From assembly GCA_036339465.1 (NCBI GenBank), contig JAYZAY010000026.1:19789-83788 (forward strand): 64,000 nucleotides of DNA. Reading direction: 5' to 3'. Origin of the DNA: Myxococcota bacterium. Its GTDB lineage: Bacteria; Myxococcota; XYA12-FULL-58-9; JABJBS01. Position 1 is the stretch's first letter; each line of letters begins with the position of its first letter. Made by a program: the position numbers and the translations under genes. This document shows, in pieces, positions 51,887-61,461 of this stretch. The notes beneath the pieces are model-generated. The model had not been told where the DNA came from and ran no database searches. It saw only the letters and a list, made by a program, of their open reading frames with translations.

Positions 51887-53903
51887 GTAAACAGGTAACC
51901 CCTTCAATAAGACGGTCCAAAATTATCTGAATAGGCAGTTCACTCTCCCGCCCCCGAACATTCCTGTACGTCTCTAAGGAAAGTTGAAGGTCCATACTTT
52001 CACAAAGCTCTATGGCACAAAGCCGAACTTGCCAAAACCGAGAATCAAGCGCTTTTTCAATATATACCTTAGAAGTATCGGGGCCGTACCGAAATACCGC
52101 ATTCAGTGCCTCACAAATAACATCAGGTTCAACATGCTCAAGGCATCCATTCAGCTCATTCAGGAGTCGAGCACTGCCCATTTTATCCAAACTTCTAATG
52201 GCCGCGATACTAATCAAAGCCTCTGAGTGGTTTACCAAAGCGAGAAATTTACTTTCGCAAGAAACACTTCCCATAGTAGTTAATGATTTAATTGCCTCAG
52301 AAGCCACCCATGGGTCATTGTCATCCAAACACTTTTCAACTTGCCTTAAAGCCGATTCCGACGAAAAGGCCCCAAGTGCTCGGACCGCCGATGCTCGAAC
52401 TGATCCAACTGAGTCCTCGCAGGCATCGGTCAAAGACAATTCATCGAAACTCGCACCAAAGCTCCCCGCTGCATTTATCGCAGCTTTCCGAAGCTCGGGA
52501 TCGGAAGACTCTATTCCCTCAATGAGAATTGGAACATCCTCAATCCGACGGGCCTCTGCGAAAACCTGGAACCAAAGAACGTGCGGCCCCCCTACACCAA
52601 TGAGACCTCTCGTTATTTCGGCTGCAATCCGTGGATCCCTTCGCCCTAAGATACAAAGAGCCCGCGAAATAGCCGGAAAAAGCCTCGTTTCAGATTGCTC
52701 AACAAGTTTAGTAAGATTCACAAAGTCGGATTTTTCTCCCACCCGTGCCAACGCGCCAATAGCACTTTCCGCAAGTCTCTCTTCTCCATCTAGAGCGAGG
52801 CGCACAAAAACCGCTGCACAACGAGGATCGCGTAAGTGCTCCATCACTTCAACAATAACCCGTTTTACTTCATCATTAATATCCTCTACCAGCGGCAGGA
52901 TATGTGGAACGACGTCCCGCCCAATTTTAACCGCAGAACTGACTGCTTCCGATTCCCAAGTGCTGCCACTCGACGCCCTAAGTATTTCTGGCATAATATC
53001 TGCCCGACCCATGGTCATGAGTATTCGCGCCGAACGTTCAGAGATTCTCGCATCTCGATCAACCATCGCCGCAATAAGACTCTGCACAGATTCTTCCCGA
53101 GTTCCTATACGATCAAACGCGTATGTCTTCGTTTTTTCATCGCCACGACTTACTGCACTAAATAACCCGTCAATAGCCCCAATCCGCACACTTCTGGAAT
53201 GGTCTTCCAAAAAATCGATCAATTTATCAAGAGATCGTTGTTCAGCATTCAAGCCCAAGAGTGGGCCAACAAGTCTTAAAACGGGACGAACACTAAACCA
53301 TTGTTCCAATATCTCGTATTCTAGCTTAGCTCCGGCAGTCGCCAACGCTTGCAATAGATAACTCACAAGTTGCAAGTCCCCACTGCTAGCATTGATCCGC
53401 TGAGTAAGTTCCCGAATAACACTATCGCCACCAATGCGCCCCAAGCTCTCAATCACTGCCGAACGTACATTAAGGTCACAGTCATTGATAGAGGCGAACA
53501 AACATGCTCGCGCCTCTTCAGTCCCAATTCGCCCCAAAATCTCAACAATAAATTTTCGACGACTGCTGTCAGAGGAAGCCAAGCCAATAGTCAATCCTTC
53601 CACACAGTCGCTACCCAAGAAAAAAAGAGCTTCTGCTGCGGCATTTCGAAGAGACACTGGCATATCGGAGCGGAGAGATTCCACCAACCCCGGAATTAAC
53701 TTAGGAACATTCCGAAAACGAGCCAACTGCTCAAGGGCTAATTGCCGAATACGCCAACTTTCATCTCCCAAAAAAACAATATATCGCTCCATGGCATCAG
53801 CTTGTTCTGGTTTCAAAGAGCGTAGTTTAGCATACTTCTGAGATTCAGATTCCTTTTTTGGCTTTGTCTGTCCGTTTGTGTCTTCGCTATCAGGACCCTC
53901 CAT
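51879..53903 (-). CDS. HEAT-repeat protein in chemosensory cluster
   Basis: Many HEAT repeats (VRSAVIESLGRIG, VRASAVRALG). Confidence 0.88.
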   Translation of the reverse strand: MEGPDSEDTNGQTKPKKESESQKYAKLRSLKPEQADAMERYIVFLGDESWRIRQLALEQLARFRNVPKLIPGLVESLRSDMPVSLRNAAAEALFFLGSDCVEGLTIGLASSDSSRRKFIVEILGRIGTEEARACLFASINDCDLNVRSAVIESLGRIGGDSVIRELTQRINASSGDLQLVSYLLQALATAGAKLEYEILEQWFSVRPVLRLVGPLLGLNAEQRSLDKLIDFLEDHSRSVRIGAIDGLFSAVSRGDEKTKTYAFDRIGTREESVQSLIAAMVDRDARISERSARILMTMGRADIMPEILRASSGSTWESEAVSSAVKIGRDVVPHILPLVEDINDEVKRVIVEVMEHLRDPRCAAVFVRLALDGEERLAESAIGALARVGEKSDFVNLTKLVEQSETRLFPAISRALCILGRRDPRIAAEITRGLIGVGGPHVLWFQVFAEARRIEDVPILIEGIESSDPELRKAAINAAGSFGASFDELSLTDACEDSVGSVRASAVRALGAFSSESALRQVEKCLDDNDPWVASEAIKSLTTMGSVSCESKFLALVNHSEALISIAAIRSLDKMGSARLLNELNGCLEHVEPDVICEALNAVFRYGPDTSKVYIEKALDSRFWQVRLCAIELCESMDLQLSLETYRNVRGRESELPIQIILDRLIEGVTCLHG

Positions 53904-54486
53904 TTCTCTCTGCCTCCCGCCAAAGCCTCCGAAAAGCCCTCTCCAATAGCTTAGAGCTCATGTTAGCAAGCTCTAAGATCTTCAGGACTTGCCTAAGTTT
54001 CTCCCTGCCACCCGTCAATATTCCAAAGGCGCATTCATCCCAGGTCGGTAAACTTCGCAAGATCTCCTCAGTCGCGAAAGCTTCAACTACGGGTGAGTGA
54101 TGAGATGCCTCTAGCCAAACCTGTCTCAGCTCGTTGATGATGGAAGCCACCAGGTTGGCGAAATCTTTCAAAGTAACAAGAGGATTTGCCCCAAATAAAT
54201 CAGGCGGATTTCTAGGCTTTTCATCTTGTAGAAGACAAATGGGAAAAACTTCTGGTTCATCGTCTCGCCCCAAGCGCCCCACAATCGTAAAACTCGGTGG
54301 ATCACAGTGAGCATCAGCCATCACCAGTGGGTCCCAGTTGGAAACAATTTTCAGGAAATCGGATAGCACGCTCTCTACAATATAAGAAAAGCTCGATTGG
54401 AACTGAAAACCCGCGTCCCTCACACTTGCGGCTTGACTGTTATTCGAATGAACCCTCACGATTCTTGGGAGGACAACACAAACCAT
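53890..54486 (-). CDS. Hypothetical protein in chemosensory cluster
   Basis: 198-aa ORF filling the gap between cheW and the HEAT gene on the same strand. Confidence 0.6.
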   Translation of the reverse strand: MVCVVLPRIVRVHSNNSQAASVRDAGFQFQSSFSYIVESVLSDFLKIVSNWDPLVMADAHCDPPSFTIVGRLGRDDEPEVFPICLLQDEKPRNPPDLFGANPLVTLKDFANLVASIINELRQVWLEASHHSPVVEAFATEEILRSLPTWDECAFGILTGGREKLRQVLKILELANMSSKLLERAFRRLWREAERNGGS

Positions 54487-54532
54487 CTAAATTCCTCAAC
54501 CCGAATTGAAATAATTATTGTTCCGCTTGCTC

Positions 54533-55027
54533 CTAAACAGCGGCAAATTCCTCGACAGTGAGAGGTTCAATGTCCTCTTCTGATTGTACAATAGTCTTGA
54601 CATTCAAGAGAATGAGTATTCTCCCTCTATAATGACACACACCCATAAAATAGGGCGCTCTACCGGAAGTCAACAAGCCGGGGGCAGGTCGAATGGAGCC
54701 TCTTGGAAGCCGGACAACATCAGTCACCGAATCAACAACAAGACCCAAAACCCTTCCTTCGATCACGAGAATAATCACCCGCTGCTGGGTCGGTGTCTCC
54801 GATTCCCCAACAAGACCAAAGCGCCTACGCATGTCCACCACAGGAATCACCGAACCTCGTAGACTAATGACCCCTTCTACGTATACCGGACCGCGTCTAA
54901 CGGGCGTGATCTTCAAAGGTCGGATTATTTCGCGAACACGAAGGATATCAACAACATATTCCTCGCTCCCAACCTTAAAAGCAGTTAGCTGTACAATATC
55001 ATCATCTTGAATGTCAACATTCCTCAT
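54533..55027 (-). CDS. cheW: CheW coupling protein
   Basis: EEYVVDILRVREII, GVISLRGSVIPV and GLVVDSV motifs. Confidence 0.93.
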   Translation of the reverse strand: MRNVDIQDDDIVQLTAFKVGSEEYVVDILRVREIIRPLKITPVRRGPVYVEGVISLRGSVIPVVDMRRRFGLVGESETPTQQRVIILVIEGRVLGLVVDSVTDVVRLPRGSIRPAPGLLTSGRAPYFMGVCHYRGRILILLNVKTIVQSEEDIEPLTVEEFAAV

Positions 55028-55030
55028 TTG

Positions 55031-55633
55031 CTACTTCTCCAAAACACCAACAACTGCTTTCGTATCCAAAATAATCAGAACCCGATCATCGATCCTCCCG
55101 ACCCCATCGATTACCTCAGCAGCTCCCAACCTCATGGCTTTTGGTCGATTTGAGATTGCTCCTTGTTCCAAACGCACCACACTCGTTACACGGTCAACCA
55201 AAATTCCAACAGGTTCCCCTCCTGCCCTTAGAACCAAGACACGACTGGAACGACTCACATCGGTAACAGAAAGTCCTAGAATCAATCTTAAATCAAGAAT
55301 AGGAACGACGGTTCCTCGAAGAGAAATGAGCCCAATTAAAAACGCCGGCGCCCTCGGAACTTCAGTGAGCTCGGGAACTTTCATAATTTCGTGAATTTCC
55401 CGGATATCGACAGCGTACTCCTCGTTTGACACCCAAAATGCCAACAACTCCACGGTGCCTTCGCCAACCACTGTCGAGGACGTGAGTGCTACAGAAGAAA
55501 AAGCAGGGTCAGCAAGATAGCTAGCACGACTTGTCTGCCTCTCATCTGCCGTAACAAAAAAATCAGTGAGGCCATCATCTAACGTTAAGTTTTCATGATC
55601 TTGTTCGGCGCTCATTTCTCGGTATTCCCCCAA
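55031..55633 (-). CDS. cheW: CheW coupling protein
   Basis: EEYAVDIREIHEI, GLISLRGTVVPI and GILVDRV motifs. Confidence 0.93.
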   Translation of the reverse strand: MGEYREMSAEQDHENLTLDDGLTDFFVTADERQTSRASYLADPAFSSVALTSSTVVGEGTVELLAFWVSNEEYAVDIREIHEIMKVPELTEVPRAPAFLIGLISLRGTVVPILDLRLILGLSVTDVSRSSRVLVLRAGGEPVGILVDRVTSVVRLEQGAISNRPKAMRLGAAEVIDGVGRIDDRVLIILDTKAVVGVLEK

Positions 55634-55645
55634 AAAAAACGTGTT

Positions 55646-57814
55646 CTAAACCGCCACCTTCGTCCTATCGCCACCATCGTCGAGTTTTGTTAATTCCGTC
55701 AACAAGCCAACCATATCAATAACCAAGATTGTCTTTTGATCGCCGAGCTCCGTCGCCCCAGCAATGCCTGGAATGTTTCTTAGCCTACGACCAAGTGATT
55801 TAATCACAATATCTTGCTGACCGATTAATTCATCAACCACCAAAGCCATTCGGTTTTCCCCAACACCCGCAACGACACAAAAAGCCCCTTCTGGCCGCGT
55901 ACCCTCCAAATAAAAAATCTCCCGCAAATCCACCAATGGTACTGTCGTACCCCGAACCGAAATAACCTCTCGTCCTTCAATGGTTTTAATCACGATATCC
56001 ACCAATGAGATTGTTTCGAGTACATTGTTCAATGGAAGAGCGTAAACCTGACCCGAAATACTCACAACCAAGGCCGGAATAATCGCCAAAGTGATAGGCA
56101 ACGTGACAGTAAAAGTCGTTCCTTTACCAATCGCTGAATCTACATCGATAATGCCGGATAACTCTGCGATGTTCGTTTTAACTACATCCATGCCCACGCC
56201 CCGGCCACTGTACTCCGTCACTTGCTCAACAGTCGAAAAACCTGGCGTAAAAAGTAAGTTATAGATGTCGCGCTTGGACATCTCCTCAGCACGTTCCTCT
56301 GAAACCAAATTCCGATTAATCGCCCGCTCCAAAACACGCTCTGTATTGATCCCATTTCCATCATCGGCGATCGCTACGATAACGTGGTTTCCTTGGGCCA
56401 TAGCGCTGAGCTTAATGGTTCCTTCCTCTGGCTTTCCCTCAGCAAGCCTTTGTTCAGGCATCTCTAAACCATGATCAACTGCATTCCGAATTAAGTGCAT
56501 TAATGGATCCGCCAAATCTTCGACGATGAGTTTATCTAACTCAGTATGCGCTCCGCTTACTTCAATACGTACTACTTTTCCCAAATCGCGACCAATATGA
56601 CGACCAATTCGAACCATCCGCTCAAAGAGGTTATCCAACGGCACCATCCGCACTTCCATAATCCCTGCTTGCAATTCCGCCAGGCGACGCTCAAAAATCC
56701 GGCTTTCCTTGTGCAAATCCACTGCCAATCCGGTGAAACCAAAGTCTTGTTTCAAGCGTTCACTAATTCCCTGAACACTCATTTTCGTGAGCGTCAACTC
56801 ACCAACGAGATTCATGAGACGGTCTAAGCGTCGAATATCGACGCGCACGGTCTGCACCGCCCTAGGTCGTTCACCGCCACCGCCACCACCGCCACCGCCA
56901 GACTTCGGAGGCTCCTGTTTGCCACCATCCTTTCCATCGGTCGCTGCTGGGCTCTCTCCCGTATCCTGCCCACTCTGTGGAGCAACCGATTCCGTATTGG
57001 CTGTATTGGCTGTATTGGCTGTATTGGCTGTAGGTACGTCTGGGGGCGGAGGAATAACCTCGTGGGTACATCCAATCGGGACCACCAAAAGAACATGACC
57101 TTTTGTAAGCTTCTCCATTTCGTCTTCGTTTAGGGGCGAGCCCACAATAATGTCAAAACCAAGGTTACCTGGCTCGACTTCATCAGCACTGGGTAACTTA
57201 CTAATAACCTCCGCCTTGCCCTGAAGTATTTCATCGAGAGCGGCCAAGGCTTCGTCGAAAGTCGCCAGGTCGAGACTCGCCCGTAGGGTAAACAGGTTTT
57301 TATTTCGTTTGATATTTTCCCGTAAACGATGTTCCTCGTATTCCGTAAAAACGCTGAGAATGTCCTTATCCAAATCAATCGTATCGAGTAGGTCAACCTT
57401 TTCTTCATCGGAAGTTCCGGTAGCAGCTTCCTCTAATTGCTTGTGGAGTGTTTCAGAGCCACTGGGATCGCTCACAATCCCATGGGCCGCTTCGTCAATT
57501 AAGACACCAAATCGATCGACGCATGAAAATAGGACATCCAAAACCTTGGCATCCATGGAAACCTTACCGAGACGCATTCCGTCTAGGAGGTTCTCCATGT
57601 CGTGGGAAAGGCTCGAAACCGCTTCCAGGCCAAACATTCCCGAGATCCCCTTAAGAGAATGCGCGCTTCTAAAAAGATTATTGATCCGATCTGGGTCAAC
57701 ATCCTGGTTTCCATCGCGGGTCTCTTGATCGACCGCAATGAGATCTCGATTCAAGGCATCAACAATTTCTTGCGCTTCGGCAATAAATTCTGGACTCACC
57801 GACACTTTTGACAT
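55646..57814 (-). CDS. cheA: Chemotaxis histidine kinase
   Basis: FRSAHSLKG (Hpt), HLIRNAVDHG, GRGVGMDVV and a C-terminal CheW-like domain. Confidence 0.96.
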   Translation of the reverse strand: MSKVSVSPEFIAEAQEIVDALNRDLIAVDQETRDGNQDVDPDRINNLFRSAHSLKGISGMFGLEAVSSLSHDMENLLDGMRLGKVSMDAKVLDVLFSCVDRFGVLIDEAAHGIVSDPSGSETLHKQLEEAATGTSDEEKVDLLDTIDLDKDILSVFTEYEEHRLRENIKRNKNLFTLRASLDLATFDEALAALDEILQGKAEVISKLPSADEVEPGNLGFDIIVGSPLNEDEMEKLTKGHVLLVVPIGCTHEVIPPPPDVPTANTANTANTANTESVAPQSGQDTGESPAATDGKDGGKQEPPKSGGGGGGGGGERPRAVQTVRVDIRRLDRLMNLVGELTLTKMSVQGISERLKQDFGFTGLAVDLHKESRIFERRLAELQAGIMEVRMVPLDNLFERMVRIGRHIGRDLGKVVRIEVSGAHTELDKLIVEDLADPLMHLIRNAVDHGLEMPEQRLAEGKPEEGTIKLSAMAQGNHVIVAIADDGNGINTERVLERAINRNLVSEERAEEMSKRDIYNLLFTPGFSTVEQVTEYSGRGVGMDVVKTNIAELSGIIDVDSAIGKGTTFTVTLPITLAIIPALVVSISGQVYALPLNNVLETISLVDIVIKTIEGREVISVRGTTVPLVDLREIFYLEGTRPEGAFCVVAGVGENRMALVVDELIGQQDIVIKSLGRRLRNIPGIAGATELGDQKTILVIDMVGLLTELTKLDDGGDRTKVAV
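56994..57032 (+). repeat. 9-bp tandem repeat (GTATTGGCT) x4.3 in cheA linker
   Basis: Read directly from the sequence; encodes TANTANTANTANT. Confidence 0.9.
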
Positions 57815-57819
57815 CGTCG

Positions 57820-58185
57820 CTATCCGAGTAATCTCTTCACTTTTTCAATAAGCTCAGAATGTTCAAACGGTTTAATCAAATAGGCAGTGGCTCCCAAAGC
57901 CGATGCTTTGTCTCTATCCGCCACGGCTGCTTCGGTGGTCACCACCAGGATAGGGGTTTCAGAATGGTTTTGGTTCTTTCGAATGAAGGCAATTAGCTCC
58001 AAACCATTAAGATTAGGCATATTGATATCGGTAAGGATCAGATCAAAATTTTCGTTGGGAAGAAGATGGAGCGCATCCAATCCATTTTCAGCCTCCGTTA
58101 CTTGAATATCCCCCAGCTCGTCAACCAACGAACCTATCAACTCCCTCATCGCTGGTGAATCTTCAACAACCAATACTTTACGCAT
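57820..58185 (-). CDS. cheY: Single-domain response regulator (CheY-like)
   Basis: VVEDS, LTDINMP and YLIKP motifs. Confidence 0.9.
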   Translation of the reverse strand: MRKVLVVEDSPAMRELIGSLVDELGDIQVTEAENGLDALHLLPNENFDLILTDINMPNLNGLELIAFIRKNQNHSETPILVVTTEAAVADRDKASALGATAYLIKPFEHSELIEKVKRLLG

Positions 58186-58417
58186 CTAACTTTCCCCAAT
58201 CATTTAACGCCCCATCAAATTCAGTTTACGACTCATCACCCAAGCTCACAATTTTATGCGTCCTTATCCGTTCGCCTACTTAATCCAATAAGGCTCCGGT
58301 TCACTCTCGAATAAGAATTGTCATTCTCATCTACCCAGTATGCTGGAAAACGGTAGGTAACGTCCATACCCTGATGAAAACTTGTTTCTAGATGGATAAA
58401 ACCAAAGCGACGATGGG

Positions 58418-58897
58418 TTAGTCGGTCAACAAATGCCCATGGGTGCTCGGATCAATCAACAAGCGGGGAGACGAGCAATGACTCGCTGAGCCAATGGATT
58501 CAATAAACATATCCGTCAATTTTGGCGCATCAAATATACTCGGAGCGGCCCAATAACACTGCTGAGCGGAAGCCTGCTCTAAAACCCTCAGTGCTTTTTC
58601 TACCACATGAACAACTCTCGACTTCCGGAGGCCCCGGCTAGCACCGACCCCAAACACAAAAACACGAAAGAGACTCGATAGAGTCGTACATGGTAACAAT
58701 ACCTGTTCTCCCTGATTACCATAAAAAGAATTTTTTAGCCGGAGGTCGGCCAAACGACCACAGAGGCGCCAATCAACATAGCCCGCCACACCCTCAAATG
58801 GACGACTATCATTGGCGCCAAAAACAACCAGGTCTGCCTTTGAAAGGCCATCCAATCCGGTAAGATCACCCGACAAGAATTTTATCCGCGACATCAA
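58418..58897 (-). CDS. Stand-alone M17 aminopeptidase N-terminal-like domain protein
   Basis: RPFEGVAGYVDWRLCGRL...GEQVLL...VFGVG pattern; no catalytic domain. Confidence 0.6.
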   Translation of the reverse strand: MMSRIKFLSGDLTGLDGLSKADLVVFGANDSRPFEGVAGYVDWRLCGRLADLRLKNSFYGNQGEQVLLPCTTLSSLFRVFVFGVGASRGLRKSRVVHVVEKALRVLEQASAQQCYWAAPSIFDAPKLTDMFIESIGSASHCSSPRLLIDPSTHGHLLTD

Positions 58898-58913
58898 ATA
58901 TAGCCTCGAGAAT

Positions 58914-59351
58914 CTATTCTTCTTCCCTATCTAAACCAATCTTATCAAGAATTCCATTAACAAAACGCGCTGAATTCTCGTTTCCAAATCTCTTACCTAT
59001 TTCGATGGCTTCATTAATACTGGCCGCCCGTGGAACATCCACACAATGAAGAATTTCGTAGGTGGCTAACCGCAACAGATTGCGGTCAATGTGACTCATG
59101 CGGTCAACACACCAATTGTCAGCAACGTTGTTTAGGAGAGTATCAAGCTCATTGATATGTTCGTGGACCCCGACCACCAGGCGCTCGGCAAAACGTTGAA
59201 CGTCGAGTGAAACCGATTCGAAACTCCCCCAAAATGCCTGCATAGATCCTTGCAAATCATTCTCAGCGGAATCTTCTGCGCCAAGTCCACCTTGAATATC
59301 CAACTGGTAAAGTGCCTGCAATGCACACTCTCGACCCTTGCGTCGCATCAC
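58914..59351 (-). CDS. nusB: Transcription antitermination factor NusB
   Basis: [30 protein letters not shown] and FVNGILD motifs. Confidence 0.95.
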   Translation of the reverse strand: MMRRKGRECALQALYQLDIQGGLGAEDSAENDLQGSMQAFWGSFESVSLDVQRFAERLVVGVHEHINELDTLLNNVADNWCVDRMSHIDRNLLRLATYEILHCVDVPRAASINEAIEIGKRFGNENSARFVNGILDKIGLDREEE

Positions 59352-59851
59352 TGACCTCGCCCATCGGCCAAAACTTTAAGTAAATTCGCGGTTTCAATGG
59401 CCGCCAGTACCGCTTCAGCTCCCTTATTACCCATTTTAGTACCTGAACGCTCAATACATTGCTCGATGGTATCCGTGGTCAAAACACCAAAGATAACAGG
59501 CACTTCCGTATCTAGGGCCGCCCGTGTCAAACCATTGGCCGCCTGTCCAGCCACAAAATCGAAGTGCGCAGTCCCTCCTCGAATAACAGCCCCAAGACAA
59601 ATGACCGCATCAAAGCGCCCTGTGGCAGCGAGTTTCTTGGCCACCAAGGGAGCTTCGAACATACCAGGCACCCAAGCAATCTCGCACTCACCCATGTCCA
59701 TACCGTGGCGTCGACACGTATCTAAACCACCTTGGAGAAGTCTTTCGCTGATAAAATCATTGAAGCGTCCGACCACAAAGGCAAAACGAAGCCCAGTTGC
59801 CACCATATCACCTTCGTGAACCATAGGTTGTTTCCAATTCTTATCTCTCAT
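59348..59851 (-). CDS. ribH: 6,7-dimethyl-8-ribityllumazine synthase
   Basis: [21 protein letters not shown] and GNKGAEA motifs. Confidence 0.96.
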   Translation of the reverse strand: MRDKNWKQPMVHEGDMVATGLRFAFVVGRFNDFISERLLQGGLDTCRRHGMDMGECEIAWVPGMFEAPLVAKKLAATGRFDAVICLGAVIRGGTAHFDFVAGQAANGLTRAALDTEVPVIFGVLTTDTIEQCIERSGTKMGNKGAEAVLAAIETANLLKVLADGRGQ

Positions 59852-59877
59852 AATGCTCCTCCAGTCTGATACAAAAA

Positions 59878-61026
59878 TCAGGCACTCTCTAGCCGGGGCT
59901 GCGGCTGGAAACGACGGTCGATTTCCAAGGGAACCATTTCATCCACCGTCAGTCCAAAACCATCGAGTGCAGCCAAGCGCCGTGGGTTGTTGGTCAAGAG
60001 ACGGATATGACGTAGTCCTAAATGCCGTAAGATTTGAGCGCCAATTCCATATTCCCTAAGAACACCACTGCTCTCTCCGTGTGTTTCTTGAGGAGGCCCA
60101 CCCAAACCCTGAATCCGGTCTGACAACGATGTGGCAGGTGCACCCCGATCAATACAAACCAAAACACCTCGATCTTCCCGTCCCATCAAAGTGAGCGCTG
60201 CATTCAGAACAGCACGATCACTGGAAAAAAGATCACCAAAAACATTACTCAAGGGATAACCGGAATGAACCCGCGCCAATGGAGGAGCACCCAATATATC
60301 TCCTTTGACAACAGCCAAATGCTGGCGATCATCAAGACTCGTACCAAAAGCCCACAGAGTAACGTCCCCCCAAACCTCATGATGTACTTCACGGTGTAGG
60401 ACCGGTTGCACCAAAGTCTCTTGGGTTAAACGGTATTGAACCATATCTGCAATGGTAATGATCGGTAAATTATGCTCGAGGGAGAACTTCTCTAAATCTG
60501 GCATGCGCGCCATAGAACCATCGGGATTCATAATCTCACAAATAACCCCACAAGACTTAAGCCCAGCTAGACGAGCTAAATCAACACTGCCCTCGGTCTG
60601 GCCTGTCCTCACCAAAACACCCCCATTACGAGCCCGCAGTGGAAAAATGTGTCCGGGGCTGACGAGATCAGAAGGCGTTGCACCGTCGGCAACTGCTGCT
60701 TGGATCGTTGTGGCCCGGTCCGAAGCGCTGATTCCGGTGGTAACGCCTTCCCTAGCTTCGATGGACACCGTGAACGCAGTCTCGTAAGGACTGTTATTTT
60801 GAGTGACCATCATCGGGATCCCGAGTCTTTCGAGATAGTCCTCCGTCATGGTTAAACAAATCAAGCCTCGACCGTAGGTGGCCATAAAATTAATTAATTC
60901 GGGGGTCACTTTTTCTGCGGCAAAGCAGAGATCGCCCTCGTTTTCCCTATCTTCATCGTCAACCAAGATGACCATGCCACCTTCACGAATCCGAGAAATT
61001 GCGTTCTGAACTGACTCCAAACTCAT
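59878..61026 (-). CDS. ribB: DHBP synthase fused to degenerate GTP cyclohydrolase II domain (RibBX-type)
   Basis: [10 protein letters not shown] and PGHIFPL (RibB) intact. The C-domain ARVHSGYP lacks the Zn-binding Cys residues but keeps YGIGAQIL and LLTNNP. Confidence 0.9.
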   Translation of the reverse strand: MSLESVQNAISRIREGGMVILVDDEDRENEGDLCFAAEKVTPELINFMATYGRGLICLTMTEDYLERLGIPMMVTQNNSPYETAFTVSIEAREGVTTGISASDRATTIQAAVADGATPSDLVSPGHIFPLRARNGGVLVRTGQTEGSVDLARLAGLKSCGVICEIMNPDGSMARMPDLEKFSLEHNLPIITIADMVQYRLTQETLVQPVLHREVHHEVWGDVTLWAFGTSLDDRQHLAVVKGDILGAPPLARVHSGYPLSNVFGDLFSSDRAVLNAALTLMGREDRGVLVCIDRGAPATSLSDRIQGLGGPPQETHGESSGVLREYGIGAQILRHLGLRHIRLLTNNPRRLAALDGFGLTVDEMVPLEIDRRFQPQPRLESA

Positions 61027-61159
61027 GACGCCCCCTTACCCGGCAGCCTCTCGGTCGTCAAGCTAACCATTTAACAATACAGCGTTTTTTAAAATAAGGC
61101 CAATGCTTGGTAAAGACGACGTAAAAGTGATGGCAACACCATCGAAGCCGGTCGGCCCC

Positions 61160-61455
61160 TTACCTGGGCAGGACCTCACCATTGGAATGCCCAAAGGTAC
61201 CAGAATTACTCAATGATAAAGCTTCAATACGCTGAATGAGCCCTGCACCCGCTGCATCTGGATCGATCAGTCCCAGGTGGCGGCCATACCGGTTCTCACA
61301 TATTCTGGATGTAAAATTGCCACAGAGATCCCACGGTCAACAAGATCGTGCGACAGACAAACACCTGCCATCTTCAATGCCGCCTTGGACATCCGATAGT
61401 AATAACCACTTCCAGAGGTATTGTCCGAGATGGAACCCATCCGACTCGTGGTCAT
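61160..61455 (-). pseudogene. C-terminal remnant of a CsgA-like short-chain dehydrogenase
   Basis: TSRMGSISDN...YRMSKAAL...ILHPEYVRTGM, then a frameshift into GLIDPDAAGAGLIQRIEALSLSNSGTFGHSNGEVLPR*. The Rossmann N-half is absent. Confidence 0.8.
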
Positions 61456-61461
61456 CTCATT

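Noticed and set aside
52012..53361. 449-aa plus-strand ORF
   Set aside because: Antisense to the HEAT-repeat gene, with Ser/Arg-rich shadow composition.
58186..58417. Imperfect hairpin (CTACCCAG...CTGG...GGTAG) upstream of cheY
   Set aside because: Weak stem with no U-tract; insufficient to call a terminator or ncRNA.
61027..61159. Possible FMN riboswitch upstream of ribB
   Set aside because: Conserved RFN sequence elements are not visible and the space is short.
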